From the human T2T-CHM13v2.0 reference genome, Homo sapiens: 64,000 nt of DNA. Every line of letters begins with the position of its first letter. Positions within the stretch are counted from its first letter, which is position 1. The stretch is taken from NCBI RefSeq assembly GCF_009914755.1, contig NC_060934.1, one strand, 5' to 3'. Below are positions 46,120 through 58,565 of this stretch, one piece after another. A model generated the notes under the pieces. The model made no database searches. It was not told the origin of the DNA and saw nothing but the letters and a program-made list of their open reading frames with translations. Made by a program: the position numbers and the translations under genes.

Positions 46120-46416
46120 ATTTATTTTTCCTAAGAGACAGAGTCTGACTCTGTCACCCAGGCTGGAATGTAGTAACATGATCATAGCTTACTGTAACCT
46201 CCAACTCCTGGGCTCAAGCAATCTTCTTGCCTCACCTTGTCCTGCTTGGGACAGCTAGGAGTTTTATAAGCAGCTAGGACTACAGATGTGCACCACCACA
46301 CTTAGCTAATTTTTAATATTTTGACATAGAGATGGGGTCTGGCTATGTTGCCCAGGCTGGTCTCAAATTCCTGGCCTCAAGCTATCCTCCCGCCTCAGCC
46401 TTCCAAAGTGCTGGGC
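46120..46416 (-). mobile_element. AluJ, 5'-truncated with internal insertion
   Basis: Antisense diverged dimer ending abruptly at GTGCTGGG. Confidence 0.85.
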
Positions 46417-46475
46417 CTACTATCTTTTGATCAAACATGGTTGCCCACTGTTCTTCCCCAATGCTGCCCCTGACT

Positions 46476-46783
46476 TAGTCCAAGCCCATGCCATCTCCTG
46501 CCTCACCTGCTGAGGTAGCCCCCTCCTGGCTCTGTCTGTTTCTGCTTCTGCCTCTTATTAAATCCATCCTCCCATCTAGTTGCATTTATCTTATAAAAAC
46601 CTCATCAGAGGCCAGGTGCGGTGGCTCATGCCTGTAATCCCAGCACTTTGGGAGGCCAAGGCAGGTGGATCACCTGAGGTCGGGAGTTTGAGACCAGCCT
46701 GACCAACATGGGAAGAACCCCATCTCTACTAAAAATACAAAATTAGCCGGGCGTGGTGGCACATGCCTGTAATCGCAGCTACT
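46476..46783. repeat. Inverted duplicate of 47793-48099 (L2-derived flank plus 5' 174 bp of an Alu)
   Basis: Reverse-complement match over ~308 bp; about 7 mismatches in the ~134-bp non-Alu part. Confidence 0.92.
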
Positions 46784-46959
46784 GATGCTTACTCTGCACC
46801 AGGTCCTGAGTGAGGACATAAAAATCGGGCAATGGACATGACTGACATGGTCCCTGGCCTTATGAAGAACAGCACGTGAGTGATGAGGGCACAAAATGAG
46901 GCTGGAAAAGTAAACAGAGGTCAGATCAAGCAGGGTCTCCATAAGAAATGGGGATTTTA

Positions 46960-47965
<1,006 letters not shown>

Positions 47966-48946
47966 TCTGATGACGTTTTTATAAGATAAATGCAACTAGA
48001 TGGGAGGATGGATTTAACAAGAGGCAGAAGCGGAAACAGACAGAGCCAGGAGCAGACTACATCAGCAGGTGAGGCAGGAGATGGCATGGGCTTGGACTAG
48101 GTTGGAGGTAACAGAAGTGGAAGGTGCCGGAAGGATTTGAAATGCATTTTGGAGGTAGAAACATGCCAATAATTTGGATTTGGGAAGGGGGAGGAAAAGA
48201 AGAGCCCACGATTTCTCAGGTTTCTGACTTGAAAAGCTGTGTGTGTACTAGAGCCCTTGTCTAAGGGAGCAGAGGAAGTGGCTGTTCATTCCTCCTGCTT
48301 CCCAGCTGGCACTGCTTGAGCACCGACTGTGTGCTGGACACTCAACACCTGCTTCTGCAAAAAGAAGAGAATCAGTATCGCGGGTTCATCCAGACTCATG
48401 CTCAGCCTCATAGACAGGCACGCTTCGTCTGGCCGTGCTGAGGGGCCACATGGAATTCACGATTGTCACTATGTCCTAGGGGCTTCCTTCTCCTGCTTAA
48501 CCAACTCCAACCTGTGCTCACTACCTCATAAGGTTTTTGTAAAAATGAAAACTGACCTGGAATTGACCATGGGGGGATAAAATGTTATTTTTCCTATAAA
48601 ATTCACTTACATGATAATGTAAATCATGCCAAATGATCAAATTTTTCTTTTTTCTTTGGCCAACAAGAAGATTAGCTACAAATTTGTAGCTCAGATTAAT
48701 GACTGTGTAGAGCTGATGGTTTCCACAATAGCATTCTGGTTTTCTCCTTGATATTGATTAATCCAACTACACATCCTTGCCTGTCTGCCCCGTGGATCAG
48801 CCTAGCCATGTTTGTGGCCCCAGCCATCTCTGAGGAGACTAAATATAGATTGTGATGTTCACCCAACATCTGGCTGAGCCATTCAGGTTTCCTGATTTGG
48901 GTACTTGGGCTAAGGGATGTGGAATGAATTTCCAGCTAATAGTTGG

Positions 48947-49436
48947 AGTGGGTGCTGTGTGTGCCCACAGGTCCCCTCTTCACAAACGAGGAACCCTTTC
49001 TTTCAGCTGCCAGGTGTAAGCTGCAGAGGGCTCTCAGCTGAGGATTACCCTTAACCAAATTATTATTATAATATAATTTGGTTATATAGTATATAGAATA
49101 ATTTCATCCAGTTATTTTCTGAGGACTGTTCTTAACCAAAGAGAATTGCCCAAAGTCACACCTCTTCCAGGAGGGCAGCTCCTATCCAATGGTAGGACCA
49201 TCCCAGTACAAAGGTCCAGTCCTCTTGGGTCATCACAGGACAACACTGAGGCCATCCTAGATCCAGAACTTTCTGTGGATGGGCCTCTGTTGCAACTGCA
49301 TTGCAACCCCTTCTTCTTCTGCCCAGTCCTGCTTTCCTCCCTCCCCCATGTGTACGGAACCCAAGACTACGCCCCTGTCAAACTTTCTGCACACAATCTC
49401 AGTGGCTCTATTTCCCAGCAAACCCAACCTAAGATG
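48947..49436 (+). mobile_element. LTR16-like ERVL LTR
   Basis: GCCCAAAGTCACACC, TGCCCAGTCCTGCTT and terminal AACCCAACCTAAGA are typical of LTR16. Confidence 0.65.
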
Positions 49437-50498
49437 GTAGTGGCTGCAGTTGCTGGAGGGGCACTGGAAAGGCATCATTTCTTTAATAAACACTGGGCCC
49501 ATTGCCACAGCTAAAGAGTAATATAGTAAGGAAGAAGAGAAAATGAAAACTGGCCAGGCAATGGGAAGTCTTAGCTTTTCAATATATTGTTTTCTTCAAT
49601 AAGTGCTCAGGTAGCCCTACTCCAGGCCCTGGAGTCCATGCAGTAGAGTGGCAAAAGCAGTTGGCTTGAAGTCAGAAGACTTCAAATCCTGGCCCTGTTT
49701 TAAGCTATGTGCCCTTGGGCAATTTATTATATCTAACCTCTCTGAGCCTCACTTTCTTTAACTGCAAAATGGGCCAAATTACCTTACAGAGTAGTTATAA
49801 AGCCTTGTAGGAGCTCAGGATTGGAAAACCACTTGAAACACAGAAGCTCTTCAATACGTATGCTCAAAAATGCATTCCTTTCACAAATGTGGGGGCATCC
49901 TAGTGCCTTCCAGGTCAGAGAATGGGACGTGCAGTACCAATGAATTTCCAGTGGATATGAACATACTGAACTGAGCTTGGGGCCTTGCAGCAGAGCTGGG
50001 AAGGGCTCATGCCCAGTTAACAAGGCATTTCCATTGCTCCTTCCTCCCAAAAGTGGAAGTTAATGGAACAGGCAGGGGGGCTATGAGACCACAAGAAAAA
50101 GCAGGGACTTCCCTGCAGGATGTCTTCTCTGATCAATGAAGATTTTAGGAATTTATCTGAAGACCAGCCACGTGACTGAGCAATTTCATTGTGAAAATGT
50201 AACTCCACAAGGCTGGAACCCAACCTGTCTTCTTTACTCCCTAGAGCACTGCTGGGCACATAGTAGGTGCTCAGTAAACACTTGTGGAATGAATGACTGA
50301 ATGATCTTTAGTTCCTCACCCCGCAAAAAAGTCTGATGATTTCCAGATGTGGTGTGTGTGCATAATTTCTGGGTAAATGCTTTGAGGGCAGCATTGTGGC
50401 AACAGCCCAGGGGCCCCTCCCATGTCTCTGTGTGCCTCCATTGTTTTCCAGTATCCCCTCTAGCTGTGCAATGCTTTGGCTGCATCACTTTCTCCCAA

Positions 50499-50670
50499 AG
50501 CGGTGTCTGCAAACCAAGGCCCTCTTTTAGTAAATACAGTTTTATAGGAACATAATCATGTCCATTAGCATAAGTGTCACTTGGGGCTGCTTTTGTGCTA
50601 CCACTGCAGGATTGAGTAGTTGCAGCAGAAAATTACTCTCTGGCCCTTTCAGAAAGTGTACATTGATCCC
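50499..50670 (+). mobile_element. MER58A-like Charlie MITE
   Basis: GTAAATACAGTTTTATAGGAACA...GGCTGCTTTTGTGCTAC...TTGAGTAGTTGC...CTGGCCCTTT. Confidence 0.65.
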
Positions 50671-51154
50671 ATCCTAAAGAGATCAAATTAGACAAGGGTT
50701 CATCCCCAGAAGGTGGTCATTCCTTCCCTGGGTTGGAGACTAGACTTACCGAGAACCAGGCCCTTTCATCTCTGAGGGGCTCAGCAAGTCTCACCCCATG
50801 GAAAGACTTCACTGATTTCAAAGCCAGGGTGTTGTGCAAAGGTCTGTTCTATGCCCACTGTGGCACTAGGCACCTTACCTTTATGCTCCCATATACACCT
50901 CTCAGTAACGCCACGAAGAAAGAGCTACATTATCCCTATTTTATAGATGAGGAAACGGAGGCCCAGAAAGGATAAATGACTGGCCTGAGGTCACACAGTG
51001 GGGAGGTGGCAGAGCTGGGGCTCAACCCCAGGTCTGTTCTGAGTCCAAGCTGCTGCTTTTAGGTGCTTCTCTAGGCTGCCTCCCCTTCCTGAAGGCTTAG
51101 CAGGAAGAAGCCTCAAGGTACTTGAGGAAAACAAACGTGAAACACGTTTGTTCA

Positions 51155-51498
<344 letters not shown>

Positions 51499-52464
51499 CC
51501 GATCCCTTGCCTAGAACATCAAAGGGTGGGTGTCTGGCAAGGGCCTTGTGAAGAAGCCTTTCCTTTTGGTAAAGAATCAGCCAACTAGAGAAACCAGACT
51601 CCCAAGGCCTCCCATGCAGGGCAGGGACTCCCTCCAGCGGTGCGTAACCCAACACGTGAGAAAATGTCACCCAGGGAACAGAGAGACCAGATTAACTTGA
51701 TAACATCTGAAACCCCCATCTGGATGAGCACTAAAGCCTTTGTGTTTGGATTTAAAAACCAGAGATCCCAGGTAGGTTAGTTCCAGCTCCCCAGATAAAG
51801 ACGTATTACGTGATTAGCCAGCCTCTTTTTCCTTCTAAATTAAAAGGATTAAGTATATTTTAGAGAATGTTCTCCTTTAGGACTAACTGTAGAAATTTAT
51901 TTAATTTCACTTTGTCATGATAACAACACTTTAGGGAAATAAGAGACAATATGTGGAAGGCCTGAAGTTATTACAAAAAGAGCAAAAGTGTTCCCTTTTT
52001 GTTTGAAATAAAGAGAAGATTACATGTCAGGGAAATTAATCTCATTACAAAGATGAACAGCAAACTCACCAGGTCACTTCCTGTTGACACAGGAAGAAAA
52101 GCTTCTGGCTTGTTTTCTGGGAATCTCTCCACAAAGTCAGAAGGTCAGTAATTCATGCGAGGCAGTGGAGGGGAAAAGAGACGCCTGAGTCACATGAGTG
52201 ATTTCATGGTTTGACTTGTCTGAACATTTCCGTTTTTGTTTTTTACCGTCTGTACAAACACTGTGAAGACTCCAGCAAAGTCCTCATGTGTGCTGCCTCC
52301 TTGGCCCTTGCTCTGGGATCAAGTAACCACCAACAAAATCCTCAGCACTGCACCGATGTCCTGTTTAGCCACCATGTCACTGTGGCCACCATGTCATGGT
52401 AACCACCTCCCATCGTCCTGCCCATGAGGGTTGCTATTCCATCGCCTTGTTTCACTCTTTTTCA

Positions 52465-52587
52465 TAGAAACCACTAACGAAAATTAACTGTTTACTTTTT
52501 CACTGTCTGCCCATCTCCTCCTCAACCAGTTCACATCTGCCTCCTTCATCCCCACATCACCAATGCCTGGCTCACAGCAGAGCTTCT
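52465..52587 (+). other. HABP2: Probable alternative upstream non-coding first exon of HABP2, L2-derived
   Basis: Donor CT|GTAAGTA at 52588, about 2.2 kb upstream of the main TSS. This agrees with my recollection of a HABP2 transcript variant with an upstream first exon and a shorter N-terminus. The 5' boundary is an estimate. Confidence 0.5.
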
Positions 52588-53149
52588 GTAAGTATTTGAT
52601 GAATATTAATGGAGTGTTCATGAATAAGTTGAAGTGTGCTTAAAATTTCACAAATACTTTTAGTTTTTCACATCCAGTTTTTCCTTTCACATTGAGTTGG
52701 CTATGCTATCTAAGGCATCCTGGTGATAACATGTCCAACTGTCACATGGATAAAGTGGTCATTCATTTGTTCATTTCATCCAACATAAACTTATTGAGCG
52801 TCTATCCAGTGCTGGGCATCTATGCCAAGGATTCAATGGTGATTGAAACAGAGTGCCTGCTCTCCTGAGTTTTCAGTCTAATGGGGACAATGGGAAACAA
52901 ATATTAATGAAATAGCAATACGGCTGTGACATTACAACCTCATAAATGCTGTAAAGAAGAAATGCATGCAGGGCTTCTGAGGAAGTAATGTTTGGGCTAA
53001 GAGATGAAAGATGCATTAACTAGGAGAGTTAACTAAATTAACTTGCTCAGGAGTGAGCAGGGTTCCAGTTAACAAATTTATGGTTGTCATAAGGATTAGG
53101 GGAAGGACAGAGTAGGGCTAGAGAAGAACTTTCTAGGAAAAGGGACTAC

Positions 53150-53459
53150 AGCCAGGCGCAGTGGCTTATGCCTATAATCCTAGCACTTTGGGAGCCTGAG
53201 GCGGGTGGATCACCTGAGGTCAGGAGTTTGAGACCAGCCTGGCCAAGATGGCGAAATGCCGTCTCTACTAAAAATACAAAAATTAGCCAGCCATGGTGGC
53301 ATACACCTGTATTCCCAGCTATTCAGGAGGCTGAGGCAGGAGAATCACTTGAATCCAGGAGGCAGAGGTTGCAGTGAGCCAAGATCACGCCACTGCACTT
53401 CAGCCTGGATGACAGAGTGAGACTCTGTCTCAAAATAATAATAATAATAATAATAAAAA
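53150..53459 (+). mobile_element. AluS with (AAT)n tail
   Basis: Dimer; TSD GAAAAGGGACTAC. Confidence 0.93.
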
Positions 53460-54179
53460 GAAAAAGGGACTACTAACATGGGCTTGTATTATGGTGATCA
53501 GGTGGATGTTGATGGTGTAGGAGGCGGGGTGGGGGGAGTTTATGGCTGCCTAAAATAGGATGGAGACAAAAATATGTGGATAAAAGAAAATAATGTGGAA
53601 GTTATTTAGGAGGTAAAATGGCAGGACCAGGACTTGGCTAGTCCTTCAAGGCTCATCTGGTGACTGGGGCATTCTTTTGGGCTGGGATCTGTGGGGCCCT
53701 CCCCGGCTAGCAACTTGGCTTTCAGAAGTAGATGCAGCCACTGATGCAGTCCGCGTGCCAAACAGGGATGGCAGGTAGGGGCAGGGCTGGGCAGGGGGGC
53801 ACAGGTGAGCACATGCCTCCGCTGGCAGCAGCATTTCAAAACCTGGATTTATGACTCAAGTCAGGAGGATTCCTGGAACCCAGGCATAGATTTCTGTGGG
53901 CAGTCAGTTGTTTACAGGAGATTAAGATCATGCCTATTAAAGAGATCAATTGTGTCCACAAGAACCCACACTTAATAGGTAATTGCTGCTTGACAGAACT
54001 CTACCTGCAACCAGCATAGCTAAATAAGGAACATAGGAAACAATTGTCCTGAAATATGAACACCATGTTTTTTTTCCTCCGCTTGATCAAAGAAAGACTC
54101 CAGCAAAAGGGGAAAAAATAATTAAAAAGTAAAAGTCTTACCTAATGAGGTTTAAAACAAAACTTTTGAAGCCAACAAG

Positions 54180-54651
54180 CAACTGTGGGCAACACTTCAA
54201 AGGGCCCAGAATCAATGTTTGTCAATAGCAGTTTTGCATCCTTTAATTTATGTCTCATGAATATAAAGTGTGATGTTATTAGGAGCCCATCCATGCCTTA
54301 ATTCTGTTTGAGATTTGATGAACCAGAAGTCTATTAACATTCTGTACAAATCAGCACTGGCAGAGGCCTGTGGCACAGGCTTCACCTGATCTTTTATCCT
54401 GAGGCTGGGATGCTAGTCACGCTGTCAGGCTTCCTGCTCGGAACACCCAGCAGCTGTCATGTGCACCGTGGAGCCAGGGGGCTATGTCAGCTACTTTCTT
54501 TGGAGAGTTTCTCCCCAGAAGAGAAACCACTTCATGACTCAGCCCAGCCCCAAAGTTGCCATTTGTTTAATCAAGATAGTTAGTTTGCAAAACATTAAAC
54601 ATTAAACAGTATTTGATGCCTAGTTAATAATTTGCATCCTCTTCATTTGTT
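54180..54651 (+). promoter_or_regulatory. HABP2: HABP2 hepatocyte-type proximal promoter
   Basis: Repeat-free sequence with HNF1-like GTTAATAATTTGC (54623-54635), AP-1 TGACTCA (54535-54541), forkhead-like TGTTTA (~54564) and TAAACA repeats (~54590-54608), ONECUT-like AATCAAT overlapping TGTTTG (~54210-54222), and HNF4-like CAAAG cores. No CpG island and no clear TATA box. Confidence 0.75.
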
Positions 54652-54747
54652 CCTGAATCCTTGGAGACTGACATTTTCCCCCCCTAAAGGCATAGACAAC
54701 AAAAGAAATTTTATTGAGAGGAAAACACAAGTCCTTAAACTGCAAAG
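54652..54747 (+). other. HABP2: HABP2 exon 1 5'UTR (TSS approximate)
   Basis: ATG-free sequence directly upstream of the start codon and just downstream of the HNF1 motif; the start position is approximate, from recollection of the mRNA 5' end. Confidence 0.6.
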
Positions 54748-54816
54748 ATGTTTGCCAGGATGTCTGATCTCCATGTTCTGCTGTTAATGGCTCTGGTGGG
54801 AAAGACAGCCTGTGGG
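54748..54816 (+). CDS. HABP2: HABP2 (FSAP/PHBP) first coding exon, 23-aa signal peptide; CDS continues beyond the window
   Basis: ATG TTT GCC AGG ATG TCT GAT CTC CAT GTT CTG CTG TTA ATG GCT CTG GTG GGA AAG ACA GCC TGT GGG translates to MFARMSDLHVLLLMALVGKTACG, recognised as the HABP2 N-terminus. It is followed by a canonical phase-0 donor GG|GTAAGT at 54817. Kozak context has A at -3. Too short for the ORF track. Confidence 0.96.
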
Positions 54817-57800
54817 GTAAGTGTTCTTTTCTAATATTTGTAGTTGAGAGACTCCGAAGTTTACTAGGAGGACCAAGCTAGGCTGGGAGTGATGAGAAAC
54901 TTTAGAGTGAAAGGCTGGAGTTGCCAAGTTGGAGATGTTCTAACTACAAGAACCAATGCAGGCCTGTGGCTTGGTTTCTTTTGAGCAGCCACTCCCATGG
55001 GAACAGGTGTCTGACTTGAGCCATCTTGGAGCGGAGCCTCCATGAATGCATTCCAGCAAAGGAGACTGGGGCAAGAAAATGTGCCCCAGGGCATGGATTG
55101 TAATCTGTCATGGATCTCATAGACCCCTTTGAGAAGCCATGGAAAGCTATAAACTCTCTCCCCAGGAAAATATACCTATCTATTGGTGCTGACACACACA
55201 GTTTTCCAGAGATTTGTGGCTGACACTAGGGTAAGAAGCAATGTGCTATGGCCTTAGAGGGGAAGCCTGCTGACTGCAAAAGATCCTGGCAGTGGGTCTG
55301 CATAAATAGTTTGGATTTGGGGAGAAGCTTTGTGTTTAGTACTTTGTCTCCTTTTCCCTGTGACAGCAGCAGATGAGGCAGAGAAGGTGAGCAGGGGCCC
55401 AAGGGAGGTTGCAGTGCGCAGGGAAGGGAAGTCCCATCAGAGAGTCTTGAACGGGGGACTCAGGACCTTCCGGAGCAGATGACTTGTCAAGATGTTAGTT
55501 CCTTCTGTGTGCCATGGTCCAAGAGTGTCAGATGGATCTCTGTGGGCATGGAAAGAGGACCTTGCACAGAAATAGAGTCTCCTTGGAGTTCCGTGCTGGT
55601 TGTGGTCTGAGGCATGAATGTGGGCTTTGGAGCCAGGGTTCGAATCTCAGCTTTGCCACATTCTAGCTGTGGAATGTTGGGCAAGGAACATAATCTCTCT
55701 GAGCCTCAGTGTTGTCTTCTGCAAATCAAGTGCTAACCTCTCAGATTTGGGGAGGGCCACAAGTAAACGAGGTCATGTATGTGGCTTGCAAATAAATGTG
55801 AGCTCTACTCCCTTAAAATGTCAAGAATGAACACAACTTCTCCATAAAAATCAGAGAATGCTCCGCCTTGTTCGGGAGGGGTGGTAGAAAGTGGGCAGAG
55901 GATAAGAACTAAAATAACAGTCATAACCTCTCTGTCTTATTAAGTACCTTTGCATTTTGTTCCCCATTTCACTCCATAGAGCATTTCCTGAATGAAGCAG
56001 ATTAAGTTACAGTTTTCTGATTAGCATGTTTTTAAAACAATAGCTTCTCCTTTCTTTTCCGTCAACTGTGCTCAGACACCTATCTTAGCTCTGTATTAAG
56101 TTGCCAAGTGACTCACTTCTGAAAGGGTTTTCTTTTCAAATCATGACTTGTGTGTGTGTGGTGGTTGTAATTACAAATTGTTGTCAAGCCCCTACATCAT
56201 TTGATGGCTTGTTGGTGTCTGAGGCCGAGACACAGCAGAAATACCACAGGTCTAGAGAAAGGCAGGAGAAATCATCGGAGGCCCACGCGGGGCCCAGAGA
56301 ACATACCAGTCGGAAAGAATTAGATCCTAAACTTTGCGGGCAAGGAGAAACGTTGACACGGTCTGTTTGAAGTTCACAAAAGGATAATGGTCCCGAAAAA
56401 TCCCTTTTTTGCAAACCCCAGTGAATTTTTAGGGTTAGCAATGAAATTATAAGTCAATAATGGATAAAAGAGAAAATATGAGAGTTAGCCTTCAGGCAAT
56501 GAGCTTAGTCAATTCCAAAGAGAGGATTCGGGGCTTTGGAATGCTTTCTTACCCCAGATGTGTGCCAGACAGGTGGTCGGGAAGGCGGCTTGTGTTCCAC
56601 AGGCTGGCATACAGACATCAGGGGAAAGTGGCCAAGTCGTTCAGATGCTTTGGAGAGTTTGGGGCGTCATGGGGGTAAAGAAGCCACATAGCCAGCTGGG
56701 CTGGGTGGCCTCTCCAGCCCCACACAGCTAAAAGTCATAACTAACTGCTACCATTTAATGAGAAGTCCTGAGTGCTAGCCCCTGAACTTTCCATGAATTG
56801 GTTCATCTCTGGAAGGACCCCAAGAAGTAATTCCTACTATGCTCCCATTTTACAGAAACGAAGCTGGAAAACTGGGCCTGTCCCAAGTCATACAGCTGAT
56901 GAGTGGCAGAGCTGAGCTCTGGATTACAGACTGGTTTCCGTGTAGCCAGTCTCCTGTCTGGGGCCCTGGGTGAGGATGAGATTTCTTTGGTTCGTACAGC
57001 TTCAGGGACATGGCTTTTCCTGTAGGGAAAGGCCTCTTAGACCAGGCACATGTTTGCTGGGTGGAGTGTAATGGACTCCACGTGTCTCTGAAACTCCAAA
57101 GAAAGGCAGCTATAGGATCTGTGGTCACTATTCATTGGAAAGACACCCAGGTACTCTCCCATGAATTCAGATCATGTAGCAAATGAGGACTGTTCTTTGG
57201 GATCATCTGTCATGGAGATTTTTATTCTGATATCCACTAGCCCAAGAGATATGGGTCAAAAATCATTGCTGTGAACTCCAGGGCATCATTCATTGTGCCT
57301 TGCTGTTCTACTCGAGGTTTGGTTTTCCTAACATATCATTTTTGAGCACCTGTCCAGCACAACCTCATATCATTATCCCTGTTTTATGGATGAGATACAA
57401 ACCCAGAGATGTTAAAATGACTTTCTGGCCAGGATTGGGGCCAGGTCTGTCTGACTCCACATTCATCACAGGAGGCCTGCTTAACTGTAAATAAGGCGTG
57501 GACTGTCTTAGAAATCTCTTCTTGCTAGGATTCTTAGAGTGATTTGGGGCCCAGCTGGGCTCAGCCATAATGGAATTTGGCCTCTCCAAGCCCAGAAACC
57601 AGAGGACAATGTTTGTCAAGCTTGCCTGCTTATCTCAGCCCATCCCTAGAAAGAAGAAAGACAAAGGCTTCTCCTCTCCCCTGCAAAGGAGGTGCTTTCA
57701 ATTAAAACAATGTTTACATTTCTGGGCTTTTAAAACCCTAGAACTCTAGAATCTTCCCAGGGATAGAGCCACAAAACAGTTTGCATAGGTCAGAAGTTGC

Positions 57801-58056
57801 AAATTGGCAGCTTGAAATACACTCTGCTCACAGCTCAAGTTTAACTTGGTGGATAGAAGATTGACTCCAAGAGTATTTTAGTTTTATTTTAATTGCTTGG
57901 CCACATTTGAAAATCGGAACACAGAACATTTCCCATTAAAGATACAGATTCCCAGCTTTTCTTGAAAATCAGACATTTGAGTAGCATTGGGTTCACATTC
58001 TTGGCTGGCACCATGGAGAGGGGTAGCCACCGCTGCTGTTATTAGATGAAGTTTGA

Positions 58057-58374
<318 letters not shown>

Positions 58375-58404
58375 GAAGCTTGAGTTTCCCAGATCCTGCT
58401 CCTC

Positions 58405-58565
58405 TCTCTTTCTTTGATTCTTTTATTCTTTTTTTTTTTTTTTTTGTAGAGACTGGTTTTTGCTATTTTGCACAAAGCTGGTGTTGAACTCCTGACCTTA
58501 AGTGATCCTCTAGCCTTGGCCTCTCAAAGTGCTGAGATGACAGGTGTGAAGCATCATGCCTGGCC
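58405..58565 (-). mobile_element. FLAM-like Alu monomer in intron 1
   Basis: Antisense single arm with T-rich tail. Confidence 0.85.

Noticed and set aside
52540-52830. Tail-to-tail L2 pair as a miR-28/151-like hairpin
   Set aside because: The arms are diverged and ~150 bp apart; no compact stem is visible.
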